From Piromyces finnis finn (lineage: Eukaryota; Fungi; Neocallimastigomycota), in NCBI GenBank assembly GCA_002104945.1, contig MCFH01000025.1, forward strand, positions 1 to 64,000: 64,000 nucleotides of DNA. Reading direction: 5' to 3'. Positions 1 to 14,439 of the stretch are shown piece by piece. Both the position numbers and the translations under genes were made by a program. The notes under the pieces were generated by a model that was given only the letters and a program-made list of their open reading frames with translations, was not told the DNA's origin and did no database searches. Positions within the stretch are counted from its first letter, which is position 1. Every line of letters begins with the position of its first letter.

Positions 1-165
1 ACTATTACAATTTTTTTATTTTAATTTTCTTATTTATTATTATCCTCATACAATGAGGACTTGCAATCATTAAAAAAAAAAAACTTTCAATTAAGGATTG
101 TCGCTTATTATTGGAATATTAACAATAATAAACTTTTTATTTTACGATTTCATTCAATAGTGCGT

Positions 166-1719
166 TTAAGCCTTACCAGCCATCTTGGCATCCATTTCTT
201 CAAGAGTAAGACCCTTACATTCAATAACGTAGAATTGAGAGTAAATCCAAGCGAGGAAACTGGCAGCAGCAAAAAGAATGAAAGTGTTAGTAGACCATTT
301 CTTCATGAGGAATGGACCAACAAAACCAATAATCCAATTGTTTAAGAAGTTAGAGACAGTACCAACAGCAGAACCCTTAACTCTGACACGAAGTGGGAAA
401 ACTTCAGCTTGGTAAACCCATGGAACTGGACCCCAAGTCCAAGCGAATGAGAATACGAATAAGAAAACGGAAGCAACAGCAGCGTATTGCCATCCCTTGA
501 TTGGTTGTTCAATGAACTTACCATTAGCATCCTTCTTACCACCAGTTAACTTAGAGCAAGCCCAAGTAGAAAGATGGAAGACCATCATCATAAGAGAACC
601 AATAACTAAAGAGTCTTACGACCTAATCTTTCAATACCCCACATACCTGGGAAGGTGGAAACAAAGTTAACGAGGTTGTTGACGTTTGGTAATACAACAG
701 TAGACATAACCTTGTTGAAACCCATTTCAGAGTAAATTTGACTTTGGTAGTACATAATAACGTTAATACCAGTCCATTGTTGGAAAAGTTGCATTAAGAA
801 AGTAATGAAAGTACGACGACGAATGACGGAACTGAAAAGTTTCACCGAATGAAGAGGAACCAGCAGCACGAGTAGCAGCAACATCTTCTTGAATAGCCTT
901 AAGTTCTTCTTGAACAACAGCATCAGAAGTAGAGGCGGCATTAAGCTTAGCAAGAATTTCAACAGCTTCTTCATCACGATCCTTAGAACATAACCATCTT
1001 GGGGACTTTGGAACGAAGCACATAAGAGTAGCAAGACCAAGACCTGGAACAACTTGTAATAAAAGAGCTAATCTCCATTCAAGGTTAGAGATTTCTTCAT
1101 CACCCTTTCTAGTGAAAGAAAGTAAACCTTCTGGCTTACGGTTAGTCTTGTACCAGATAAGAGCATTGATAAGAGAAGCAACAATAATACCAAAAGTAGT
1201 CATAAGTTGATAACAAGAAGAAAGAGTACTCTAAGGTTAGATGGAGCAACTTCTGAAATGTAGGTTGGGCAAAGTACACCATTACAAACCAATAGAAAGA
1301 CCAGTGATAAGACGACCAATGGCAATCATAACAGAGGAACGGATAGAAGAACCTTGAATAATAGCACCACAGGTGAAGATACAAGCACCAACCATAATGG
1401 TTCTTTGACGACCAAACTTTTCACCAAGGTAAGTAGCCATAAGAGCACCACAAAGAGCACCAAGAACGAAACTAGAAGTAATAACACCTTCAAGGAAAGC
1501 CTTATTACCTTTTTCTTCTAAATCACGGTACATAGCCTTTGAGGCATCATCAGTAGATTCACCAACTTCATCAATAGCTTTTCCCTTCCATTCGTGGAAT
1601 CTGAAGAAAATACGGAATGAGTCCATAACAAGAACAACATTCATAACACCAACTTCATAACCAAAAAGAAGACCACCAAGTGAGGCGGTAACAGCGACTA
1701 AAAATTGAAAGCTGTTCAT
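166..1719 (-). CDS. MFS sugar porter (hexose-transporter family), copy 1; intronless, ~517 aa once single-base indels are corrected
   Basis: Motifs GGLLFGYEVGVM, GRLITGLSIG, YISEVAPSNLRG, PKSPRWL, QQWTGINVIMYY, WGPVPWVYQAEVFP, KGLTLEEMD spread over ORFs 1282-1719, 763-1203, 606-1052 and 166-591. The frame breaks are 1-bp indels that are absent at the same positions in copy 2. Confidence 0.93.
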
Positions 1720-2084
1720 TTTTTTTTAAAAAAAAAATTAAACTTAAATTAAACTTAAATTAATATTATTATTAATAATAATGATTTTTTTTTAAAAGAA
1801 AATTTATTTCTTTTATACAAAATTTCAATATAAAGATAAAATCATAATATTTAATTATAATTATATATAATTAATTGTATTTGTATATAAATTATTTTAA
1901 ATTAATAATTATTTTCAATTTATTTTAATATGTTATGATTATTGCTTTATTATATTTATTATTTTATGAATATTAAAATTTAATTTTAATTCTTTCGAGA
2001 ATTAAAAATAAATATTAAAATAAATTATAATATAATATTTAACTTATATATAATAAACTTTACATTTGTTTCAAAAATGTACAC

Positions 2085-3023
2085 AAAATTTATATTATAT
2101 TATATTATTATATTATAATATATTATATTATATTATTTATTATATTATATTATATTTATTATATTATTTTATTTATATTAATATTATATTATATTATATT
2201 ATATTATATATTATATTATATTATATTATATTTATTATATTATATTATATTATATATATTTATTATATTATATTATATTATATATATTATAATTATATTA
2301 TATTATATTATATTATATTATATTATATTATATTATTATTTATATTATATATTATATTATATTATATTATTTTATATTATATTATATTATATTATATTAT
2401 ATTATATTATATTATATTAATATTATATTATATTATATTATATTATATTATATTATATATTTATATTATATTATATTATTTATATTATATTATATTATTT
2501 ATATTATAATTATATTAATATTATATTATATTATATTTTTTATTATATTATATTATATATATATATATATTATATTATATTATATATATTATTATATTAT
2601 TATATTATATTATATTATATTATATTATATTATTTATATTATATTATATTTATATTATATTATATTATATTATATTATATTATATTATATTATATTATAT
2701 TATATTATATTATATTTATTATTTATATTATTTATATTATATTATATTATATTATATTATATTATATTATATTATATTATATTATATTATATTATATTAT
2801 ATTATATATTATATTATATTATATTATATTATATTATTATATTATATATATTATATTATATTATATTATATTATATTATTATATTATTTATAATTATATT
2901 ATATTATATTATATATTATATTATATTATATATTTATATTATATTATATTATATTTATTATTATATTATATTATTATTATATTATATTATATTATTTATT
3001 TATTTATATTATATTATATTATA
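2085..3023. repeat. Imperfect (TATTA)n pentanucleotide tract, ~0.9 kb
   Basis: Continuous tattatattatattata repeats with occasional tttat variants. Confidence 0.97.
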
Positions 3024-3838
3024 AAAATCATAAGATAAACTTAATAAAATAATAATTTATATTTTTATTAAAATTTTTTAATTTATAATATTTAAAGTTT
3101 AGTAATTATTAGGAATTATATAAATTTAACTTTTATTTTAAATATTTTTAATAAATTGATAAAAATAATATTTTTTAAATAACACATAAAATTTATGAAT
3201 TTTTAATTTTTTTAAGATTAAATATATTTTATTATTTACTAATAATAATTTAACATTTTTTAAATTATAAAAGAAATTATAATATTTTACAAAATTTAAA
3301 ATTTGAATAAAGTTTTTTATTAAATAATAAATATCCTCTTAAAATGAAACACTAAATTATTAAATATATATTAAAAGAAAATATTTTAATATATATTTAA
3401 TATTGTAATAACCAATAAATTTACATCTCAATTGTTTAAATAAAAAAGGTTAATAATAAATTTAAATTGTAAAAAATAATTTATTTAATTAATTATAAAA
3501 ATTTCTATTTATAAAATATTATATTATAATTTATTTTAATATTTATTTTTAATTCTCGAAAGAATTAAAATTAAATTTTAATATTCATAAATATAATAAA
3601 TATAATAAAGCAATAATCATAACATATTAAAATAAATTGAAAATAATTATTAATTTAAAAATAATTTATATACAAATACAATTAATTATATATAATTATA
3701 ATTAAATATTATGATTTTATCTTTATATTGAAATTTTGTATAAAAGAAATAAATTTTCTTTTAAAAAAAAATCATTATTATTTAATAATAATATTAATTT
3801 AAGTTTAATTTAAGTTTAATTTTTTTTTTAAAAAAAAA

Positions 3839-5392
3839 ATGAACAGCTTTCAATTTTTAGTCGCTGTTACCGCCTCACTTGGTGGTCTTCTTTTGGTTAT
3901 GAAGTTGGTGTTATGAATGTTGTTCTTGTTATGGACTCATTCCGTATTTTCTTCAGATTCCACGAATGGAAGGGAAAAGCTATTGATGAAGTTGGTGAAT
4001 CTACTGATGATGCCTCAAAGGCTATGTACCGTGATTTAGAAGAAAAAGGTAATAAGGCTTTCCTTGAAGGTGTTATTACTTCTAGTTTCGTTCTTGGTGC
4101 TCTTTGTGGTGCTCTTATGGCTACTTACCTTGGTGAAAAGTTTGGTCGTCAAAGAACCATTATGGTTTGGTGCTTGTATCTTCACCTGTGGTGCTATTAT
4201 TCAAGGTTCTTCTATCCGTTCCTCTGTTATGATTGCCATTGGTCGTCTTATCACTGGTCTTTCTATTGGTTGTAATGGTGTACTTTGCCCAACCTACATT
4301 TCAGAAGTTGCTCCATCTAACCTTAGAGGTACTCTTTCTTCTTGTTATCAACTTATGACTACTTTTGGTATTATTGTTGCTTCTCTTATCAATGCTCTTA
4401 TCTGGTACAAGACTAACCGTAAGCCAGAAGGTTTACTTTCTTTCACTAGAAAGGGTGATGAAGAAATCTCTAACCTTGAATGGAGATTAGCTCTTTTATT
4501 ACAAGTTGTTCCAGGTCTTTGGTCTTGCTACTCTTATGTGCTTCGTTCCAAAGTCCCCAAGATGGTTATGTTCTAAGGATCGTGATGAAGAAGCTGTTGA
4601 AATTCTTGCTAAGCTTAATGCCGCCTCTACTTCTGATGCTGTTGTTCAAGAAGAACTTAAGGCTATTCAAGAAGATGTTGCTGCTACTCGTGCTGCTGGT
4701 TCCTCTTCATTCGGTGAACTTTTCAGTTCCGTCATTCGTCGTCGTACTTTCATTACTTTCTTAATGCAACTTTTCCAACAATGGACTGGTATTAACGTTA
4801 TTATGTACTACCAAAGTCAAATTTACTCTGAAATGGGTTTCAACAAGGTTATGTCTACTGTTGTATTACCAAACGTCAACAACCTCGTTAACTTTGTTTC
4901 CACCTTCCAGGTATGTGGGGTATTGAAAGATTAGGTCGTAAGACTCTTTTAGTTATTGGTTCTCTTATGATGATGGTCTTCCATCTTTCTACTTGGGCTT
5001 GCTCTAAGTTAACTGGTGGTAAGAAGGATGCTAATGGTAAGTTCATTGAACAACCAATCAAGGGATGGCAATACGCTGCTGTTGCTTCCGTTTTCTTATT
5101 CGTATTCTCATTCGCTTGGACTTGGGGTCCAGTTCCATGGGTTTACCAAGCTGAAGTTTTCCCACTTCGTGTCAGAGTTAAGGGTTCTGCTGTTGGTACT
5201 GTCTCTAACTTCTTAAACAATTGGATTATTGGTTTTGTTGGTCCATTCCTCATGAAGAAATGGTCTACTAACACTTTCATTCTTTTTGCTGCTGCCAGTT
5301 TCCTCGCTTGGATTTACTCTCAATTCTACGTTATTGAATGTAAGGGTCTTACTCTTGAAGAAATGGATGCCAAGATGGCTGGTAAGGCTTAA
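3839..5392 (+). CDS. MFS sugar porter, copy 2 (inverted duplicate of 166-1719)
   Basis: ATG at 3839 (ATGAACAGCTTT), stop at 5392; same protein as copy 1, broken by different 1-bp homopolymer indels. Confidence 0.93.
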
Positions 5393-5991
5393 ACGCACTA
5401 TTGAATGAAATCGTAAAATAAAAGTTTATTATTGTTAATATTCCAATAATAAGCGACAATCCTTAATTGAAAGTTTTTTTTTTTAATGATTGCAAGTCCT
5501 CATTGTATGAGGATAATAATAAATAAGAAAATTAAAATAAAAAAATTGTAATAGTAATAATAGGATAAGAAAATAGAACTTAATAAATTATAGAAAATAA
5601 TAAATAATTTCTACATAAATTAAAAAGAAAAAACCTAAATATAAATTAATGTAAAGCTTAATTTTAATTGGTTTAATTAAAAAATAATAAATTTGTAAAA
5701 ATAAAAATAAATAGATAAACCTTTATTATTTAAGGGATTTATATAAAAGGTTATTTATTGTTGAAAGATTTGTAGTTGTTAAAGAAAATGGTAGTCATTC
5801 TTTTTTTTTTTCCTTCTCCTTTTTTTATTTTTATTTAAATTGTATTGTTAAAAAAGATGATAATTTCCTTTTAAAATGTTATGTATTTGATTGAAGGTTG
5901 AACGTTTTTTAGGTGTATGGTATGAAAAAGGCATAAAGCTTTGATTTGATTTGGTAATATGAAAATTATAGTTCTTTATCCGTGGTATTCG

Positions 5992-8900
5992 TGCCTTCAT
6001 TTATTTAATAAATGTAGTTTCTCAAGGGGGTCTACTCATGCTCATGGTACTGAGAGAGTAGAAAGAATTAAATCCAAGTATTGCGCAATGGATACTTGGT
6101 TAGTCTTTATTTGGAAATATTATTAGGACTAAGCTCATGGTACTGAGCGAACAGAGTTGATAATTTGAGTGTTAGTTGTTATATCATATATCCCTTACAC
6201 CTTCAACTTATTTTTTAGATAGTAGTTGCTTTAACAACTTTTATAACATATTATTTTAAACTTAAAATTGTTTGATTCGGTAGTATTAAATACTGATTTT
6301 GAATATTTCTTGATTTCTTTTTATTTTAGCTTTCATCGATAATTTGTTATCCCAGTTTACTACTTATTCTCTTTGTTCTTTTATTCCTTTTTTATTCTTT
6401 ATATGTTGATTAGTCAGATAGTTTTGTTTTTTCAGTTATTGGTTATTCCTTTCATTTATTCTTGAGTTTCGTGTGGGGTGCAGCTTTCATTACTATAATC
6501 ATATTTAATCTTTTATTTTTTCTATTTTTATTATTTACGAGGGGCGCGGCTTTTTTTTATTTTTCCTTTATGATTTTATATGATTCTAGTAATATCTTTT
6601 TTTATTTCTTATTTTTTTGTAACTCTAGATTTTCCAAGGAATCTCTTTTCTACTAACATTCTTTTGTATACTTTTTCTATCTCTTTTCTATATATATTAT
6701 TTCTTATACTTTATATTATATGTATATTTATATATCTGATAACTTAATTAGGTTTATTATGGACTATTATGGTAAGTATTAACACCTTTTTTTCTTTAAC
6801 ATTTCTATTATCAAAGCTTCTATCCTGGAAAATCGAGTATTCTATTTTTATATTGTAAATACTACTCTTGTTTCAATTTTATCTTTAAAAAAAAAAAAAA
6901 AAAAAAAATTTTATTATGTTTACCCAAAATTCTTCAACTTTTTTCCATTATTTTTGTTTATAAACAACTTTTCACTCTTATTATCTCTCTACCTTACAAC
7001 ATAAACAACCTATATGAATGTTCAATTTCAACAATCAGAATCAACACAATACAATAATCATCCAATAAATTATACAATTCTTATTAATATAAAGAGCTTT
7101 CAAAATACCAGTTATAATACAGAAATCCAAAGTGATAGATATTCAAAATTTATCTTCCCGTTTAAAGTCTTCAGTAGAGTTAGAACTAAGTTTGTCAACA
7201 ACTTAGCCACTTTTCCAGTTATAAATTTAAAATATTGTTTGACAAATAATCCACTTGCTATATAATATATCCGTCTTTACTATTATTATTTTTATTTTAC
7301 TATATATTTTATTTCATTATCTTATTTATATCATTATATCAATACTTCAAACTATTAATATCTATTGTCATAATAAGTTCTTTCAAAATGAACAATACCA
7401 ATTGTACTGTACCTACCTTACGACGTGGTCTTCGTTTCTTCGGATCTAACTCCAATAAATCATATCTAATTTTTATCCATGATCTTAGTTCATGGTCAAA
7501 ACAACGACTAATGGAATTTCTTTTAAAGGACATTCAACCTTTCAATGATATTCTTCAATCCCTCACCAAAAAATATTCACAATCACTCGGTATCTATTTC
7601 ATTCTTAAAGTCAATGGAAAATGTCCGCTTAAAGCCATGTTACTTATACACTCACTTTCTGAAAAACTCCCAATCTCTAGTAAAATATCTTGGAAATTCA
7701 TTGATAAGCTCAAAAACAATAGATCATACAAAAACAAACGATCTATCAAATCTACTACTGGTCCACTCTCTGACGATTTCTATTTTAGTCATCTAAGCTC
7801 TAATGCTTCCTTTTTCAACTTATGTACTTGTTGGAACATCAATGGTTGGAACCCGGAGAAAAAGGACGGTGTTTTATACTTCATCTCTGTTTTCAAACCT
7901 GTATGTGTCTGTCTTCAAGAAGTAGGTAACAGCCAATTCCTCTGTGGTAATGCAATTTCCTCCCCATGCCTACTGAACTATAAACCAGTACACAGACGTG
8001 CTAATCCTAAAGTTCCAGGTATGAGAGGACTTTACATTGGTGTTCATAATTCTTGTTCCTTTACTCCTGAACCTCTTCTATATAAGTACATCATTTCAGT
8101 TACAATATTGTCATTTTGGAACCAGAGATGTACCATTGGTAATATTTACTTCCCGCAAACTAGATGGCCGGATGCTAGATTAATTGCCTTTGATGAACTT
8201 GATAAGTGGTTAACAACGCATAACAAATTCAACCACCCAGCTATCCTTGTAGGAGACTTTAATATGTCAGCTATTAAAATCAAATCTTATATATCACAAC
8301 ACTTCCCGGATTGGACTATGGCTGAGTTAACTGGTAATAATTTTACCTGGGAAAAAGGATCTAAATCTTCATGCATTGATCATATTATATACAACAAAGC
8401 TATGACAGAACACATAAACAAATCTTCAGTTTGTGAAGTTTTCCACGATGTTTCTGATCACAAACCGATCCTTGTGTCTTGTAAAAAGACTCTTCGGATG
8501 ATTTCAAAAAAGCCTAAGAAGACCTTTAAGTGGTCAAGTCATATCTGTAACACAAAGTGTTCTGACATTCTTACTAGTAATCGCTTTGCTGTTCTAGCTT
8601 CCGAGCTTGAAGCTAATTGCGATAGCCTTTCGGCTGACGATATGGTTTCAAGATTTTTAGATACTTCCAAAACTATAGGTAAAGAAATAAAAGCCATTGT
8701 GCCTGCAGATTTAAAAGGTCCAGCATTCCATTGCCCTCAATACATCAAAAACTTATCACATGAAAAACACCTGGCTTACAAAAATATTAAGCCCCTTTCA
8801 GATTGCGCTGACATGGAAAATTATCTTAACCAGTTCTCCATATACCAAAATCTATGTAATACCATCAAAAAGGTTAAGAGCAAATTCAGATCCAATCTCT

Positions 8901-11736
8901 ATAAAGCTAATATTGTTCTATCGGTAAACATTTTATTGATAAAAGCTTTAGACAAGGTTGGAAAGGCCTTAAAAAACTTGCCAAACCAAGTTATTCGTCC
9001 TCCCATGTTTCAACTATTAAGGACAAGAATGGCAAGGATTTATTTACTCCTCAAGAACAATTAAAACGTTGGGCTGAACATTATGAAAATCTTGCATCTG
9101 ATGTTACAAATCACAGCTTAAATCGTGGTTACTGGGAAAGAGCCTTCCAATTCAACCATATCAATCAAATAGCATGGGATATAAATGGTCCCATTTCTAT
9201 TGAGGAAATTAGAAATGTTGTTCTGTCAATGAAGAATAACAAGGCTCCAGGTCCCGATGGTATCCCAATTGAATTTTTCAAAGCTTTCTTTTGTAACGAA
9301 GAACTGGAGAAAGAACATAAGTCTGCTGGAAATTGTCTTAAATTAATTTTTTAATAAAATCTGGAATGGTTCCTTTCCTTTGAAATGGAACTCTGCTTCC
9401 ATTGTTTCTATTCCAAAGAAAGGCGATCTTTCAGACTGTAATAATTATCGTGGTATTTCTCTCATCAATGTAGGTCTTAAAATTATTTCAAAAATTGTAA
9501 CTAATAGAATTTCAAAGTATGCTCTTTCTCATAATTTTATAAGACCTGAGCAATTTGGTTTTCGCAATAAAGAAGAATGTATTAGCTTATTTATTTCCAT
9601 TAGAGAAATCTGTCAAAGAAGGAAATTTAAAGGAAAAGCCACTTATGTCGCCTTTCTAGACCTTAAAAAAGCATACGACTCAGTTCCTATTTTTAATATC
9701 CTTACAAAGTTATATAAATTAGGTATACGTGGTAAATGTTTTGATTTTCTCAATAATCTCTACTCTACCTCTAAAGTTCGTGCACGTTTCTTGGATATGC
9801 TTTCCAATGAATTCCCTGTAAACCGTGGTGTAAGACAAGGATGTCCTCTTTCTCCTATACTGTTTAACCTCTTTATCAATGATATTTTAAATAAATGTGA
9901 AAGGCTTGGAGTTAGCTTAGGTAATAAACGTTGTTGTGGTGGCCTTTTCGCTGATGACATTGTTTTGATTGCTCCTAGTAAGAAGAACCTTCAAAAGATG
10001 CTCAATCTAGTCCTTGATTGGGCTAATTTAAATGAAATGTCTTTTGGAATAAATAAATGTGCAACTATTGTTGTTAAACCTATCAACTTTAATAGATCCC
10101 CTAGTTATGTCGACCCAACATTTTACATCGGTATGTACTCGATTCCAAAGGTTTCTTGCTATACTTATTTGGAATCCCATTCGACGAAGATCTTTCTTTG
10201 ACTCCTATTCTGTCTAATATGTACAAAAAAGTTCAGAAATCTTTATTCTCTTTTAAGAACTTCCTCACCAACAATTGTGTTCCTATTGGCTTAAAAAAAC
10301 ATAGTAATTCATTCTTATATTTTAAGCAAAGTCTCTTATTATGCTCCTTTGCTTGGTTCCAACAAAAATAGAACTAGAAGAGTCCAATCTCTTATCAATA
10401 CTGCTGTTTTATGGAGTGTCAATAGCTTTCACAATAAAAGTTTTAATAACAAAGATTTTGTTTTTGAACGAAATTCATTTATTAGTCTGTATGCTCTTAC
10501 AAGAGATATGAAGATCCCTACCCTTTCAGGTATTTGTGCTGCGCAACAAGTGAAATGCTTTGTTAAATGGAGAAAATCAAATTGTATAATTAAAGACCTC
10601 GTCCGATCTATTCCTCCCATGTCTCATTACTCTTGGGCCAAAGAATCTTGTTCACTACATAAGAAGCTTATGAAAATAAATATTAAAAGTACTAAAGATA
10701 TTAGAGAATATTATTGGAATAATAGTAGCCTAAATAATGGAAGTAAAGCCCTCAGATATACTAACAACAAATTCCTTAATTCAAATCGCCTAATGCATAT
10801 CGGTCTCAACAAACCTCACTTAAATTTAGGAATTACCTGGATTATTCGTATTCGATGCGGTTATGAAAATACTACCCGAATTGCTATTGCCAGTAATAGA
10901 GTTACTCCTGACTGCCCTCGTGTCTGTCCATGTTGCGGATATGACGAACAATCTTTTTACCATTGGATATTAGAATGTTCTGCATTCTCTGAATACAGAG
11001 CTTCTTCACTTAGCTTTCTTGACGATCTTTTTACCCTTTTTTACAATAAATATAAGAATCAATTCATCACATACTTACTCCCCGAAACGGAAGTAAGAAA
11101 AATAATTTATAACTATATTTTTACGTTCCTTCTTGGTGGAACTTTAGCTTATGATGAGCTACAAATCGATAAGGCGGAACAAAGACATTTGAATGAACAG
11201 CTTTACAGTTCATCGGGGTCTCATGTTCCATATGTAGAGGGTCTCGCGGCTTTTCTTACTAAAACAATCCCTATCATTAGTAGCTCTATGAAGCTACTTT
11301 TTGATAGGTTTAGTAAGACACCTAACGTAATCAAGAGCGCCGACGTCGTACCGATATGGCAAAGGAACATTTCCAATGTTCCGTACACAGGGTTCAATGT
11401 TAGTATTTCCTCAAATTCGAATGAAAACATTATGAACTCATGGGAGAGTTTAGTGGACACCACACTATCATACCTGATGTTACTTCTTTTTTTTATTTCA
11501 TTTAATTTATTAGGTAGGGACCAATCCCACACAGTACAAATTGCAGAGTTCATTGAACTTTTATGCAACTTAAATAATTATTTTATATTTTTTTATATTT
11601 ATATTTTTATTTATATATATTTTATTATTTTTATTTATTATTTATTATATCATTATCAATATGTATTATCACCTAATATTATGTAATATCACTAATTAAG
11701 TAAGTAATAAATAAAAGATGTGTATTCTCTTCCTAG

Positions 11737-11769
<33 letters not shown>
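5992..11769 (+). mobile_element. Full-length non-LTR retrotransposon (LINE; APE endonuclease + RT + C-terminal Zn knuckle) with poly(A) tail and 13-bp TSD
   Basis: TSD TCCGTGGTATTCG at 5979-5991 and 11770-11782; poly(A) ending at 11769; APE motifs CTWNING, CLQE, GDFN, IDHII, SDHKP; RT motifs YRGISL, QFGFR, FLDLKKAYDSV, GVRQGCPLSP, LFADD; CPCCG..H..LEC knuckle. Confidence 0.95.
6916..11686 (+). CDS. LINE polyprotein (N-terminal domain, APE, RT, CCHC); apparently one long ORF broken by frameshifts
   Basis: ORFs 7388-9064, 9380-10201, 10156-10371 and 10349-11686 are colinear domain pieces. The start at 6916 follows a 22-A tract (6887-6908) and is uncertain. Confidence 0.8.
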
Positions 11770-11772
<3 letters not shown>

Positions 11773-13310
11773 GTGGTATTCGATCATGGTCAGTAATATG
11801 CTATGGGAAAAACTCGAGGTTATTCTAGAAGATAAATTTAATTCAGTTATTAGTGTTAAATATTTTCAAACTTTCAATGATCACTTTTTCTTAGTCAAGG
11901 TTCATGGTTCATCAAAAGATTGTATTAAAATCTTACACATGTTAAAGAAGAAACTTTCAGTTACCTCAATTTCCTTTTCAGCTCGTAGTAGAAGGAATCA
12001 CAAATACACTTTTTCCACTCTCAAACGTAAAATTTTAGTTTCTAATAAACATCAACATTCTATTCAACAATCATTTCAACAATCAGTTCAACAATCACAT
12101 CAACAATCCGATCTTCAACAAGATCTTCAACAAGATCTTCAACAAGTTTCCCATCATGAAAATATTCCAGATCTACAGCAAACACAATTTCAATCTCAAC
12201 ATTCAACAATTAATTCTAATAGTTCTATCAACTCTGATAACAGTTCAATAGTTGATAGTTCTTCAGTTTCACAGCCATCTAGTAATAGTTCTACTTATTC
12301 CTCTGATGCATCATCCATAATAATGATGACTTTAATAATAGTAATAATAGCAACGATTCTTCCTCATCCAACAAGCCTGATAACTTTTCTTTTTGTCTTA
12401 GTTGGAACACCAATGGGTGGAATCACGAAAAGAGAGATAATATTAGCTATTTCACAGCTATTTTCAAACCATTATTTTATGTTTCCAAGAAACTGGTAAT
12501 GGTTCTAGATCGAATACAGATTATCCTTGTCGTGTTACTTTGCGAAACTATAGACACCTTTTCAAGAAAGCTGAAGAATTATTGATTGGCATGAGAGGTT
12601 TATATTTAGGTATTCACAATTCGTGCCAAGCCTCACTTTAAAACCACTCATGTAAGTATAATATTTCTATTTATATTTTTAGTCTTTGGAATATATTCAG
12701 ACACTCGATTGGAATATTTATATGCTTCATAGTCATCACAATATTTATGTTGATTAAGCAAAGTTAGAAGTTCGCTTGTGGTTACAATTTCACCCATCCT
12801 ATCCATCGATTCTTGTTAGTGATTTTAATATGTCTAAAATAAAATTATTCAACTGGTTATCATCTAATGGATTAGGAGATTTGAAGTTCTTCCATTGAAG
12901 ATTCTTCTATCTTTTGGATGAGAGGTGATCAATCTTCCGACATTAACCATGCTCTTATCAATTCGAAGATGAAAGATCTTATTCACTCAGGATCATTTAT
13001 AAATAATTTTTATCCTGTATCAGACCATAAGCCACTTCTTATTAATGGTAAAATTATTCCTATGGAAGATTTTTCTAATGACTTTAATGTTCTTAAGAAA
13101 ATTCTGAAATGGAATAGATTAAAATGTATTGAGGAAAAGAAATCTCTTCTTAGTCATAATAAATTCCAAATTCTTTCATCAAAACTCAATGATTCTAATG
13201 TTTCTACAGATGAACTTTCCAAAGAGTTTACTTCAACCGCTTTTTCAATTGCAGACGAGCTCAGTATTACTTCAGTAAATAATGTTATATAAAATCTTTA
13301 TTTCATATTT
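11770..13310 (+). pseudogene. Older, degenerate LINE (N-terminal domain, Q/S-rich linker, APE endonuclease), 3'-truncated; its 5' stub lies at ~5959-5991
   Basis: Across frameshifts it reads CLSWNTNGWNHEKRD..FKPL..FQETGN and YPVSDHKPLL, paralleling the first LINE. Removing the younger LINE fuses ATG 5959 (MKIIVLYPWYS) in frame with ORF 11720-12499 (PWYSIMVSNML). Confidence 0.85.
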
Positions 13311-13522
13311 CACATCAAATTTTTAATCATCAGAAAATCAAAATGAAATTGTAAAGAATATTTAAAAAAGAAAGAGTTTATTGTATAGAGAATTTATTAA
13401 AAGGATTAAAAGTTACTATAAGTTCATTAATTACATTCACAAAAAATGTATAAAGATATAAATATATCTTTAAATCATTAATAATTAATTAATAATTATT
13501 AATAATAATTCTGATATTTAAT

Positions 13523-13941
13523 TGATACGGGTTAATTTTATGTAGAAAGAATTAAACTTTAATTAATATATATATTTTATTAATAATTTATTTATAACGT
13601 TCCAATATTTCTATTCTGTCTAAATACTAAAACGTTCTGTCGTTGTCAAATATTAAAATTCTAACTAAAACAAGAAGCCCTTTTTAATAATATTTATTCT
13701 AGTCTATTTATACTAATGAGGCTTACTTAATAATTAATTGTCCAATTATAAGGCTGGAACTATATGGATCATTCATTTACAATACTCTTTTACATTACAT
13801 GATTTTACATTTGTCGTACATTTACATTATATTCTTATACATTGTAAAATAATTAATATTATAATAAATCTATATAAATTTAATATTAGGAAAAATTACT
13901 AATATAATAATATGTTCAAGTCACATATTATTTTTATATCA
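13523..13941 (-). repeat. 3' LTR of outer Gypsy
   Basis: tgatacgggtt...tttttatatca; purine-rich tract (gcgaggggatttt on minus) lies just inside it. Confidence 0.93.
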
Positions 13942-14097
13942 AAAATCCCCTCGCTATAGGAGAGCGAAGTATAATTAAGATACAAATTTTTACTGAGCGT
14001 ATCTGGTTATAATATTAATTTTCTGGTTATAAAACTAAATTTCTAAAATTAAAAAAATTGAAAAAAATGAAAAAAAATTGAAAAAAAAATACTAATA

Positions 14098-14133
<36 letters not shown>

Positions 14134-14439
14134 ATTATTATGATTAGTTATATATACTAATTACTAATTAAACTAATTATTATTGTTATTATTATTATTA
14201 TTTACTATTATTATAATTATTATTTATTATTATTCTCAATAATCTACGGTAGGCTACTCGAGGTTTAGCAAGGTCGAACAGGAGTTAATCGACTTTTCGA
14301 AATTTGAAATCCCTTTTTGACTTTTTCAATTTCAATTTCGAAATTTCAAATTAATTATTTTTTTTTTTTTTTTTTATATATATAATGTTTAAACATATCT
14401 AATTTGTAAAATATCATAAATTTTAAATAAAGTGTCGTC

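Larger units (their letters stand above)
1..5555. repeat. Long inverted repeat: arm 1-2040 pairs with arm 3514-5555; 1473-bp non-palindromic spacer
   Basis: Base 1 (actattacaattttttt) is the reverse complement of the sequence ending at 5555; the match stops at 2040/3514. Differences I saw are single-base indels. Confidence 0.95.

Noticed and set aside
2066-2509. 147-aa I/L/Y-rich ORF
   Set aside because: Translation of the TATTA tract, which lacks stops in this frame.
6887-6908. Poly(A) as the tail of a separate upstream retroelement
   Set aside because: The 13-bp TSD places it inside the 5' leader of the 5992-11769 LINE.
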